Below are positions 25,901-38,113 of a stretch of 64,000 nt of DNA, piece after piece. Under the pieces are notes generated by a model. The model saw nothing but the letters and a program-made list of their open reading frames with translations. It made no database searches and was not told the origin of the DNA. The translations under genes and the position numbers were made by a program. Position 1 is the stretch's first letter. Each line of letters opens with the position of its first letter. This stretch comes from Dipteris shenzhenensis (Eukaryota): the NCBI GenBank assembly GCA_047967505.1, contig CM106538.1; one strand, 5' to 3'.

Positions 25901-26583
25901 TATACACCTTGTTGAGGGTAAGCATCTAAGGGAGGACCATACATTTGAGGTGGAGGTGGTGGATACATCCCTGATGAGGGGTGGGGGTATGCCCCTGGGT
26001 TAGACCCTCAAGGTTGTTGTTGCAGGAATTGAGGGGTTTGCGGAGGGACAATCGTCTTCTTTGAAGCGGGGTCAAACTGAACTTTATCAAACTTTTGAGC
26101 AATCTCATGTGCTAGCACCATAGTTTCTAGATTCTCCCATTTAAGCTTGAGACAAAATTCATCACTTGCTCCTGCTACAAGGTAGCCCAGCACATGCTGA
26201 GTCATTCCAGCTCGAAATCTGGCATTGTCCTCTTGTGTGGCAATTAAATGGTCCAAGAGCATGGCCGCTCGATCCACATATCGATGTGCTGTCTCACCTT
26301 TTGACTGCTTCATGTTTGCCACCTGCAGGTACACATTTTATGGCTCCTCTTCTTTGCCGAAATACTCAATCATTGTTGCTGTCAACCTTGGCTAGCTTTG
26401 GTGAACGTCTTCGGCCTGCTTCTCATACCACACTTGAGCCAAACCCTCTAGAAATGTGGGAAGAACCAATGGCCATTTGTCTTCAGTAAGAAAGTTGAGA
26501 GAAACACAACGGCGCTTGAAGGCCACAAGATACTCATTTGGATTTTCTTCAACCCGTCCACAAAACACGGGAATGTCAGCCAT
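19949..26583 (-). mobile_element. Decayed Ty3/Gypsy retrotransposon (gag-PR-RT-RH-IN)
   Basis: Gag starts MADIPVF; zinc knuckle near 25660-25700; protease VDEGA; RT WVSPVVV/CIDYKKLN/MPFGLTNAPATF/FLDD; RNase H; integrase HDGFCGGH, WGIDFVGP and YGTKAILPLE. Many stops. Confidence 0.92.
20394..22594 (+). mobile_element. Non-autonomous LTR retrotransposon (2.2 kb) inserted in the Gypsy integrase
   Basis: TG...CA LTRs at 20394-20669 and 22299-22594, PBS TGGTATCAGAGC at 20670, PPT GAGGGGGGG and TSD ATCCA. No intact gag or pol. Confidence 0.93.
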
Positions 26584-26974
26584 GCTTGGAAGATGGAAAA
26601 GAGAGAGGCAAGACGAGGATTATCTATGGACAAACAATAGAAAGAGGAAGCTTGAATTGAAAATCGGGTGAAGATACATCCACAAAGCACACATAGGCAG
26701 GGTAGGGTGTGACTGGTGTATTGTGAAATACTACACAGGAAGAATTTTCAGCATAGAATAGCTCATAGACAATCTTAAAAGGACCAACCCTTTTGATATC
26801 GCAGCCATCTTTACAAGCGAGGGTTAGAGATGTGACGCTGCATGAGGTTATTCATCAAGGCAAACAAGAATGCCATGACAAATGTCAACAGTTGGAGAGC
26901 TTGCACATCACCTTCAGCTTCTTCCAATTCTTTTAGTCACCATGATATTTCTTCAAGGTGATCTTGGCATATTG

Positions 26975-28278
26975 GACATAAAGGCCCATCATCCACAAAG
27001 GTAATATGCATCAATAGTGTCGAGGGATTTCTGGCAGCTAGGCCCACAAAAATAGGATCCAAGTTATGAACATGGCCTTCGTCTTCAATGCATTGGAGTG
27101 CAGCTTATGCATCTCATGCTTGCTGAGAATACACAAAGAAAATGTTGCATTGCTCTTTGTAGGTATTTTTGAGGTCTTGCCTCTATCCGGTATATTGGAG
27201 CATTGCATTCAAGCGATTCACTTCAGACATTCAGAAATAGCATCATGCACTATGATTCTTGTAAATGTGAGATCTTCCTGCAATGCACTTTGCGGTGTAG
27301 GCTATGGACCCTCTACACCATCACCCCCTCTACACGTTCATCTCTCACGGCTTCACGCACGTTCATAAATAGTTCAGAGCTTGTTATAGAAACTACACAT
27401 ATACAAAATATGGCTAATGAGTACACTATGTATCATATAAAACCTATAAGCACAGATGGCACAAAATGGCATGTACTTCATGCACCTAAAGTCGGGCTTC
27501 CCACATTAGCAGGTGGTGTTGCACTGATGGGGATAGCAGTGGCACCAGCTGTCCTTGGTTGCAATCACTTTTTGCTGTGCTTTCTGGATTGGAAGGAGAA
27601 GTCTACAGGCACACAAAGCACGAACTTCCTTTTCCAATCAATGTGGACTCCTTCTCTCTCCTCCTCAATTGGATTTTGAACGACCTTCTATACTCCTCAT
27701 TGTCTGAGGCCTTTCAATCATAGATTCCTATGGATCCAAATTCAAACATTTGAATGACAAGACATTTGAATAATTGAACATATTAGAAATTCAGTAGAAG
27801 ATAAATATATACTTACCACCCATGCCTCTTTGTTGAGCCTGTCATCGCTCTCGAGGTGCGAAGGACCTATAGTCTTGAGGCATATCCTCGTTGGCCTCCA
27901 CTGAGGCTCAAACACTTCTGGATCCTCCTTGTAGTCCTTCGCTCTCTTCCAATCCTTTGGGTCCACCCACCCTAGCTTGGTTTTGCCCTCATTAACAGCA
28001 TCCCTTAATTCGTATCTACGAGACTTAAGGAGCTCCCCCATGCAAGTTAGCATGGCATTTCAATCAAACTCATACCCTTTAGGATTTGGAAATTGTCTTT
28101 ATGATGGCATCCTTGGCTTTATCGTCCTATTGGTTCCAAGGTTTGAATATATCTTTGAGGAAGTGGGTGCTCACCAACCTCCTCATGTATCTTGTGACTG
28201 CCTTCCTGTCATCATCCTATATAACATTCCCAACATATCCACTCCATAGGATAGGTCCTCTAGCAAAACAAAGTCCAA
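26975..28278 (-). repeat. Diverged, internally deleted copy of the 49640-58390 region (Cys-rich ORF relic plus CACTA TnpA-like relic)
   Basis: 26975-27625 matches 49640-50036 plus 55667-55965. 27630-28278 matches 57705-58390. Confidence 0.85.
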
Positions 28279-29600
28279 AGGATTCACAGTGGAATTCATC
28301 GAGGAAAATATATAAGATGGAGAGAATTCCATTTACACCATGTGCAAGATTCTAGAATGGTGTATGCTTCTTGAAGGGAGGAAGTTATTTCAGATATCAG
28401 AAACTCTATGTGCATCACCATTGATGGAATGGATCAGAATACAACAACTTTGCCTACATTTAGACACATCCCACCTCCATTAGAGGGTAAACATGGACTT
28501 AAAACACACTTGTCATGTGTCAAGGGTTTTGACTCTTTTGTGATCTATGGATTGAATGCTTGCATGAACATTATAGTAACCAAGTAGAAACATTCATCAT
28601 GAAAGCAATAGAAAAGGTCATGGATGCATGCTTGCATATACAGGTTGGTAATTGATGGAGAGAAAATAAGAATAGATACATTTTTGCTTTGTGTTCTATG
28701 CTAGTTGGTTTGGAAATATTTAAACAAGTGGAAGTCGGCTTTCTTCATGTCAGCCATAAACACGAAGACATAGATCAAATATTTAGTACAATTATCTCTG
28801 GAGAGTTGAAGTCTAAGGATTTTTTGACAATGGCTCGACAATGGATGACATGAAACGTCAAATTGGGAAAAAAATAGGAGGTTCTCGAAAAGGAAGAGTC
28901 AGAAGTGGCTATCTTGGAGAGGATGGTAGAGTGGAGAGCATTCATAGAGCCACATTTGAAACGAGGAGATGATGCACTATGTGGATACACAAATCCACAC
29001 TACTTTCATTTTAGCATGCATGGCAACACTCCAGTGATGCAGTGGAAGTACTATTCAGTGGACACATATCATTTACGGAGTGCACCATATGAGTTGCTAG
29101 AACAAATAATCCCCTTGGTGGAGACTATATTAGTTCTCATAAAAAACAAAGCACTTGACATCGATGAAATTCTTGGAGAGTGCACCACTAAGAATTCCTA
29201 GGTATCACATGCGTTCAAGGGGTATTAAAAAAACCCCTCAACTAAAAATTTTCTCCTAATAAAACCACCCCTCTTTACTCATTGAAGTAACAGACTTTTT
29301 TCTCCTCCTGTTATTGTAAACTTGTTATAAAGTTTTCAAAAGTGGCATGAAAATATTCCTACTTTTGAATGCACATGGTACACTAAAATTTTGGAGCCCC
29401 CCGAGATGAAATTAATGGCTTGCAAGCATTCATTTCTCACATTAGGAGTTGATGCAAAAATACCCAGAGCAGTTTGGGAAAAATATGGAGATAATGATGG
29501 TGGCAAATGAATCTCTTCTCAAATATCTAAAATAGCAAGAAAATTTACCGAGCATAGAATACTAAGATCTATTGCTTTAAAATTGAAGTTATATAGAAAA
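28279..29600 (+). pseudogene. Second, more decayed Sola-type transposase fragment
   Basis: ITIDGMDQNTT, ENKNRYIFALCSMLVG, HKHEDIDQIFS and AILERMVEWRAFIEPHL, colinear with 4100-5250 (minus). Confidence 0.88.
29172..29405. mobile_element. MITE, copy 2
   Basis: TSD ATGAAATT (29164-29171 / 29406-29413), right end CCCCCCGAG, and the shared internal motif CA(C/T)GCGTTCAAGG. Confidence 0.85.
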
Positions 29601-30479
29601 GCCAAATGTATAGTCAGGCCCTAAAAGTTATATACCCACGTAGTATACAACCAAGTCTCACTCTTCTACATTTTGAAAAGAGACCACCATCGTGTCTAAG
29701 TATGGATAAATATAAAGACAATTTACTGCTTTTTTTTTTTCAAATAAGGCAATTTACTACTTAACTCAAGTTCTATTGAAAAGCCAACTATATTAGAGGG
29801 GTGGTCTGCCCCTAAAAAAGTTGGGTAATATATATCCAAGATTCCAAGAGATCAAGTCTGAGATCTTTGAAGGACTTTATAATCACGCAAGGTTTCCAGG
29901 ACACACGCTCGACACTTCTCACAGTGGAAGCCTTCAGAAACATACTTCGCAAACTATGGGTTCTTATAGTATTGAAGGCCTTCTCATAGTTCCTCATGCA
30001 ATATGACGAGAATATGACCATCTTGTGAATGACACTCTTGGGAACTCTATGTTCCTCCTCCAAGTGATCAATCTCATCTATGACAATCTTGGGTTCCCAA
30101 GGGACCCCTTGTGAAATGTCTTCATCAAGCTCAAGACAAGCAGCATGAAAAAAAATTTTCATTGCCTTTGTGTCTTTCCATCTCTGTTCCTCCATTATTC
30201 CTTCACTCCTCACCTATCGGGTTTTTAAACTAGTTTGCTCTCTTGCTATCCAAGATGTAATTGTTCACATATTCTCGCATGTCAAATCAAGCCATCTTGA
30301 CATGCTCAACGATGTAATCCAGTGAGATCTTTGCCATCTTTGAAGACCCATGTACCGATAGATTCCCCACACATTACATTGATGAATATGATAGGTTAGT
30401 TGTATGATAGTAAAGGCTAGAGGAGGTAGGAACTAGCAATGAAATGCATTTTTGTTGGTTTAGGATTAACTACAACCCC

Positions 30480-31015
30480 CACAAAATATAACCTTTAGTA
30501 AATCCCAAACAACCACCGTGCTTGTTTCAGTAAATCCCAATAAATCAATCCCAAACAAGGAGACTTATACTAATCCCGAACAATTACCAAGCTTGTTTTT
30601 AGTGACAATGACCGTGCATGAGGGACCAACTAATTCATAGGTTTAGATTAGCATTTAGTCGAAATCAGACTGCATGAGGGACCATCTAATTCACAGGCTC
30701 AGATAGCATTGAGCCGGAGTCAAACAGTAATAACAGTTACTTTGCATGGGGGACCATTGAGTTCACAATCTTAGATTAGCATTCAGTCGGTTTATCAGGT
30801 TATAATAACAATATTTTAGAATGAGAACTATTGTTATTACAGCCTAATGAACCGAGTCAATGCTAATCTGATGTCCTGTTTTGATCTTTCCTTTCCTCAG
30901 GTAATAACAATGACTTTCCATGAGGGCCCAGATTAGCATTGAGTCGGAATCAGATTGTAATAACAATGACTTTCCAAGAGGGACCATCTAACTCGCACAC
31001 TCAGATTAGCATTAA
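30480..31015. repeat. Degenerate tandem array (CATGAGGGACCA...CAGATTAGCATT units)
   Basis: About 5-6 direct units and one inverted unit, upstream of a TATA box at ~31125. Confidence 0.7.
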
Positions 31016-32049
31016 GCAAAATCTAGCTGGTGGATTGTGTGCTCTTAGCAACGATAGGCACCCAAAGTCACACAACTGACACAAGAAACGAAGGGGGAAA
31101 TAGTGGGAGGGCAAAAAGTCTAGCTATATAAAGGCCTTAAGGGTAGAGAAACAATTCACCGCACCCAGGAAAATTTCTCCCCTACCCCCTTCCACGCTCT
31201 CTCCAACCCCCCTTCTACCCCTATGATGAATCTTCTGTTGCAACCTCAATGCCCCTTCATAATGCTACCCAAATCATGGGATCCATTGTTTTCCTTGGCT
31301 CTCCATCCTGCAACACTCCACCAGCCATAGCCATGACCAAGTGAGTTGCACGATGGGGAGCCAAGGGAAACGGGTCATCGTTGTTCCATGAGTCACTGGC
31401 AGAGAACTCACCCTCATGATGAGACTCTCGTAATTGAAGAGCATAACCTTCGGCACTGGGGAAGGAGAACTCAACTTGGTGATAAGGTGTAACACATTGA
31501 GAGCATGCGTCAGCGTGCTAAAGCTCATAATTAGATTGATTTCCTTGTCCACTATCAAATGTATGCTCGATTGAGCTCACCGGCAAGTTGAATTCTCTCT
31601 GCCAGTTGTTTGAAAGAATCAATTCCTTGATAACCAAGGTCGGTATTTATGTCACAATTAGCATCGAAAAAGAATAGGCACTATATAAATGTCACTATAT
31701 AGTGACTCTGATAAACATCACTATATAGCGACACTGGTAAAGTGTCATTGTATAGCGACGATCAACAAAAGCTTAAAAGAACATTAGTGGGGCTAAACAG
31801 GGCCACAACAAGCCCTATTTTGCCCCACTAATGTTTTTTTTTAGTAATTACAAAAGAATGTTGTTTGTTACAGAATTTCCCTTGTGAAAGGGGTGATACA
31901 AAATCACTCAAATGAGCCGAGTGATAGAAGCATATATATGCCACAGATATAGAACATTGTTTGTTACAAAATTACCCTTTCAAAAAGGGTGATACAAAAT
32001 CACTCAAATGAGCTGACCTATAGAAGCATATACATGCTGAAGTATATAC

Positions 32050-34415
32050 AAACTACTACTACTACTATTGCTCATCCGAATCGTCGTCCTCATCCTCATC
32101 CTCATCGTGGTCATGCTAGCCTGATCCCTGGCCCTCATGAGCTATGCTTGATCCCTAGCTCTCATGAGTGTGCCTGATCTCCCTGTCCCAAGCCGTATAA
32201 GCCTAATCCCTCATCATCACCACTCACCTCCCACTGATGGGACGTTCGAGATTGCACTCTAAGAGTGAAACCATATTAATTGGAAATTAGAATGGAAATT
32301 AAAGAATGAAACAATTTAAAAAGTGAGATGAATTATAGTGTGCGAGTAGTCACCTCAGCCCAATCAACCGTCGCTCCCATGGCCTCCATCTCAACAAACC
32401 ACAGCTTTGTTCTTATACAGAATGCACATCTCGTCTCTATGTTTATGGGAAGGTGACCCATTGTAGCTTGCTATGGGCCCAATTTACGAGAGGTAGATAA
32501 AGTGCATGCAATATGTAATACAACAAACATAACAATAAATTAAATGAGAAGAAGTAAACTTACCATGGTTGCCTCGAATGCCAACCGTCCGCCTACACCA
32601 AAGTCCGAAGTACCTACGGAGTCCAGCCATCTCCTCGTAGCCTCCTCTAACCCTCGAACGATTTGGGAAGGTCCCTGTACTATTTCTTCAAAAACTTCCA
32701 GTCAGCTTTGTTTGTCCATTTGTGTTTAGCCTTCCCCTTTGCGATGGAAGTACACAAGGTTGACCTACGATGCTTCAAGATCCCACCCATGCACTCTCGC
32801 ATTCATTGAGCTCCCAATTTGGGGGGTTAGGGTATTGTCTTTTTAATTCATCGATGACTGGTTGCTTCTATGGTCATCCTAGTACCGCCAGTCAGTAGCT
32901 ATGCCACTCTTGAAGTGGTGGGTCATCAACTGTCTCATGATGGCCATCACTCATGAGCCCTTTTTATTTTCTATTATCTCTCTAACAACCGTGATTTCAT
33001 AGGTTAGGTCCTCGATCAGGTAAGGAGGACTCATGGTAGTGGCAAAGCCAAAGCGAGTGGTGTTACTGCAGGTGCTTACAGAGCGAGGAGTAGCAGTGGG
33101 AGTAGGAGGGGGCAAGGGACCTGACTAGTACTGGGTCTCATGACCAAGTGGAGACTTGGAGTGATGTGAGTGTGCTGACTCATCTACATCTCCCTAGTCA
33201 GCACAACATCAATCCTTCCTACTCTTCCTTCCCTTACGATGGGTACACCCAGGTGATGACCCCTTAATAGGTCCTGTCCTCAGTGTAGGAGAGGGATTTG
33301 TTGAGATCCTTTGGGATAGTAGAGAGAAGAATCTCATTGCCTCCGCATCGTTGATTCGTGCAACAAACTCGTCAGGACTCTTGACAAAGCCATGGGCTAC
33401 TAGCAAAGGAGTTCCTCGAGGGGCAGTCACAGTGCTAGGTCCAATAGGAGTCGAGCCAAGAGTAGTTACAGGGGTAGGTCCCTAAGGTGTCACCTGAGTG
33501 GAATGAAAGTCACCTAGAGAGTAGAGATCATAATGTCTTCTCCTACGAGGGTTTTTGTACTCGTCAGCGTGTGATGTGATCCCATGTCTAATTTGGGGAG
33601 TGGACAAATGTAGACACAAAGACAATAAACCAAAAACAGAAACAAGAGCGGGTAAGAAGCAGATAGATAATTAATTACTTAAGACAATTATGAAATTCAA
33701 ACTCAAGAAATTATGAAAAGGCAATTAATCACTTGTGAAAATTATGAAATGATGTCAATGTATAAAGAATAAATATGAAATGACAATGATTTACTTAAGG
33801 CAATTATGAAAATTCAGTTTTGAAATTACAAGTATTTATGAAAGACAAGTGGAATCCAAGAAGATTTTCATATATAAAAAATATCGCCAAAAAAATGTCT
33901 CCAAATGTATGTATATAAAAAATATATGTCTCCAAAAGTATGCTTAAGCTCCAAAAGGGACATTCTCCAAAAATGTTCAAATGGTGGAGGAGGTCTACTA
34001 CTCTGCATTACTGTCCGAGGTACTTTCCTCCTCCATGCTGCTAGGCAGGTCACTGGGGACCTCTTGTAATATGCGGTCATGCTCTTCAATGATTATGTAC
34101 TTGCAATCCACAAACGATTATGTCCTTTACAGAATCATATTTGAGGCTCCATCAATCGTGGCAGTCTCTCCACAACCTATGGAGATCCCGTAAGTTGTGT
34201 CATGTGTTCCTCAGTCACCTCTGCTCCACTATCCTTTGGCTTAGATCCCACCTAAGCACATGCAACCCCACGTTGTACTTCACCCAATAACTCTCTTGCG
34301 CAATCTTCTCATTTACATGAGCTAGCAGAGAAGCTATGTCTATAATCCCTGCAACATGGGGACCTGGGTTGGGGTTTAGGGAGGACACCCATGGGTGAGG
34401 ACGTGGTTCTTCCAT
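32050..34415 (-). pseudogene. Probable CACTA accessory (TnpA-like) gene relic
   Basis: PRGTPLLVAHGFVKSPDEFVA is homologous to 58713-59006. Splice-like signals are present. The family is assigned from its position in the element. Confidence 0.55.
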
Positions 34416-34499
34416 TTAGAATCTGTTTGAAAAAAAAAAGAACCAAATATGGCTAACGAACATGTGAAAAAAGAACCGAATACGACTAAGGAGTATCTG

Positions 34500-35665
34500 A
34501 AATATGCTCATGCATAAGCATAAGCATAGGCAAATGCATATGCTTATGAAAAGAAGAGAAAAAGAGAGGAAAAAAGGGAAAGAGAGAGGGGAAAAGAGAA
34601 GGAAAAAAGAGATATGAAAATAAGAAAAGAGAGGAAAAAGGACAGATGAAAAGAAGAAACATAGGCAAATGCATACGCTTATGAAAAGAGAGGAAAAGAG
34701 AGGAAAAAAGAGAGGGGAAAATAACACAAGGAAGAGGGGAAAAGAGCATAAGCATATGCATAAGAGAAAAAGAGAGAAAGCATATGCTTATATGCATGAG
34801 CATATGAGCATATGCATGCTCATATGCTCATGCATAAGCATAAGCATAGGCAAATGCATATGCTTATGAAAAGAAGAGAAAGCATAAGAGAAAAATAGAT
34901 ATGAAAATAAGAAAAGAGAGGAAAAAACAAGGATGAAAAGAAGAAAAGAGAGGAAAAAAGAGAAAAAGAGAGAAGAGAAAAGAAGAAAAAAAGAGAGTAA
35001 ATAAGAGAGGGAAAATGAAGAGAAGGAAGAGGGAAAAAGAGATTGAAAGAGGGGAAAAAGAAGAGAAGGAAGAGGGGAAAAGAAGAGAAGGAAAAAGAAG
35101 AGAAGGAAGAGGGGAAAAGAGATTGAAAGAGGGGAAAAAGAAGAGAAGGAAAAAGAAGAGAAGGAAGAGGGGAAAAGAAGTGAAGGAAGAGGGGAAAAGA
35201 GATTCAAAGAGGGGAAAAGGAAGAGGGGAAAAGAGCATAAGCATAAGAGAAGGAAAAGCATATGCATAAGAGAAAAAGAGAGAAAGCATATACATATGCT
35301 TATGAATGAGCATATGAGCATGCTCATGCATAAGCATAAGCATAGGCAAATGCATATGCTTATGAAAAGAAGAGAAAAAGAGAGGAAAAAAGAGAAAGAG
35401 AGAGGGGAAAAGAGGGAAAAAAGAGATATGAAAATAAGAAAAGAGAGGAAAAAAGAGAGGTGAAAAGAAGAGAAGGAAGAGGGAAAAAGAGATTGAAAAA
35501 GAACAGGGCATATGCATAAGAGAAGGAAAAACATATGCATAAGAGAAAAGAGAGAAAGCATATGCTTATGCTTATGCATGAGCATGTGAGGGAAAGAGGG
35601 GGGAAAGAGGGAGGAAAAGAGGAAAAGAGGGGAAGAAGAGGGAATAAGAGAAGAGAGGGGAAGAG
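34500..35665 (+). repeat. Polypurine low-complexity tract with (GCATAT/GCATAA)n blocks
   Basis: Nearly pure A/G runs interspersed with GCATATGC repeats. Confidence 0.9.
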
Positions 35666-36547
35666 AGGGTTCCTATGCCCATCACTGCAGCTAGCAGTTA
35701 AGGCACTAGCTACAGGCCAATGCAAATAATGAAAATAACAAAAGGAAAAAGAGGAAGCACTTTCTTACCTAGAAAAGTCCCGCTCGGTGTTTCGTGGACT
35801 GGCCCTACAAAAGAGAGGAAACATATCCTTCTTCAGATAAATGGTTAGAGGAAGGAGTTTGGAGAAGCAACTTTTCAAAGGGATTGGATTGAGGAGACAA
35901 GCATAAGCCTACAAACAAGGAGAAAGAGGAGGAAGAGAAATACTAAAAAGAGAAGAGCTAAATCTTCTTTCTTTCACCAAATCTCATTTTTTGTCAACCT
36001 CTGAAAATCAAGGATGAAAATTAGCACATAGGCTTAGCAATACAAGGAGAAACATGCTTCAACACTCACAAAATGAAATCGCACAAAATATGAACCTACA
36101 TTGCTTAAAGAGACGCACCTTCTTGAAAAACTTCCTTTCTCACAAGCAGAGAGGGAGAAGGGTGGAGAGGGAGCACAAGTGTTGGGAGAGGGGCTGGTAG
36201 GGGTGAGGAGTTTGGGGAATAAGGAGGAGGAAAGCGAGGTCATCAAATATAAGGTGGGAGGATCGATTTTTGCTTTTCTTGCAATAGAGATGTGAAAGAC
36301 GATGTCGCACAGGGTTTTGGGTTTTAGCCTGAGCGTCGCTATATGGCAACACTAGTCAGTCGCTCTATAGCGACAGTTATATCCTTAAAGTGTCGCTATA
36401 TAGTGATGGAACAGGGCAAAGCGTCGCTATATAGCGATGCTTCAGGACACTTATTATGAGAAGAGAGGAAAGAAGCTCATGGGTGGCTAGTTTTTGGATC
36501 TTAATGGATTTCCTTCTAGCTCATGTTGTGATTTTGGAGGTGTGCAT

Positions 36548-38113
36548 ATGGAAGGGACAACTGGAAGCTCATCAGATGATGAACTAACTCCTAGGAGTGC
36601 AGAGTGGCTTAGGGAGAGATTGTATTGTCATTGCTCTCATTGCAAGCAAGAAGTACGACATCAACACCATATTGTCATGCACCACTTGTGGATGTATGGG
36701 GAGGATCCCGAACCAGTACCCACCATTGGTGTTGCACATGGTGATGGATCATCCATAATTCAATGCTATTTGAGTTCATGATTAATATTGCATACGTACA
36801 TAACATGAAACCTTGAGACAAGATCTTATATTTACATGAAATCTAGAGACAAGATGAGGAGGGTGGTGAGGGTGTGCATATATATACCTTCACACTTTGA
36901 ATAAGATTATAGTATCCTGGATGTGCCAGATGATGATGAGGGTATGGTGGACATGATCATGGATTCTATTTTTAGGGGAACTACATCGTGATGTTCGAGT
37001 CTGAGGTCAATATACGAGAGTTGCAATCAACAAATTTGTACAAGGGTACTAGGATGTCTAAACTATGGGCTTGTCTCTCAATCTTGAAAGGAGGCAGCGA
37101 TGGTCAAGGCGTACATTGCCTCTTTTCAAACACCCACAAGGTACATGTGTTGCTTGAAAGGAGCACTTTCAAAGGACAATAAGCTTAGTGGGCTCAAGTC
37201 ATTTATAAGTAATTATTTGTGGCAATATACACTATAAAATAGATGCATCCCCATTGTTTTAATGATGCTCTTTTGCTTTACAAAAAGTACAGTGCATTAT
37301 GGTCATATGGATGACATTTTCACATGGAACGCATCGATTTAAAGAGAGTCACGTATGATTGTGGAGTCATGGCCACTTCTCACAAGATAACCTACCAAGT
37401 GCTTCAGATACCAATCTTCTCTCCTCACACTTGGATTATTGTGGGACCATATGTAAAATCTATGAAATTGATTTCAGATGATTTAGTATTTTCATTCTTG
37501 ATGTAAAATGGTTTAGAACTATTTACAACAGTCCCCATACGACAGTGAGAAAGACAGTAGCGGTTTCTTTGTAATAGAATCCACCAAACTTTGGCCGATG
37601 AAAGTGATACTTTTGTTCTTCCTGAGCATTGTGAGCAGGTACATACATGTACTTAAGCATAATTTCATATATATAATTGATGGCATTTGGCATCCATCTT
37701 CAATATAAGTGGTTTTTCATCCGGATCGTTCTGATCTAAGATGGTGGTATGTGATCCAAGTTGCACAATGAAGTAAGCAAATTTTTGAAGATAGAGAGTT
37801 AGATATGGAGATGCCACTACCAATGCCCAATCTAATTGATCCAGATGGATCTAGCGAAGAAGATGAGGATCACAATATGAGCCAAGAGAACGATGCACAT
37901 AATGACATCATACGGGAGGAAGATGGAGATCATGATATTGAGGAAGAAGATGACGATCATCAAGAATCACCTGACTTTATTGAAGAAGATGATCAAGTCT
38001 TAGGTGAACGTACGATGCCAGAGTACTATGATGATATAGGAGATCAACTCGATATAGAGTTGGAGATAGACTTGTTTGGCATGCTAGACTTGGCTCAGGA
38101 ACCGTTGCTGTAA
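36548..38113 (+). pseudogene. CACTA TnpD relic (transposase-associated N-terminal domain plus DUF4216-like region)
   Basis: LYCHCSHCK...HHLWMYG, ERIDLKRVTYDCGVMA, RWWYVI and an acidic tail. Colinear with the element 1 C-terminus; the core is deleted. Confidence 0.75.

Noticed and set aside
29812-30213. 133-aa minus-strand ORF
   Set aside because: It looks protein-like but has no recognisable motif or gene structure, so it is left unassigned.
34416-35729. Phe/Ser/Leu-rich membrane-like and Lys/Arg/Glu-rich ORFs (also 63119-63941)
   Set aside because: They are translations of polypurine/polypyrimidine low-complexity DNA.
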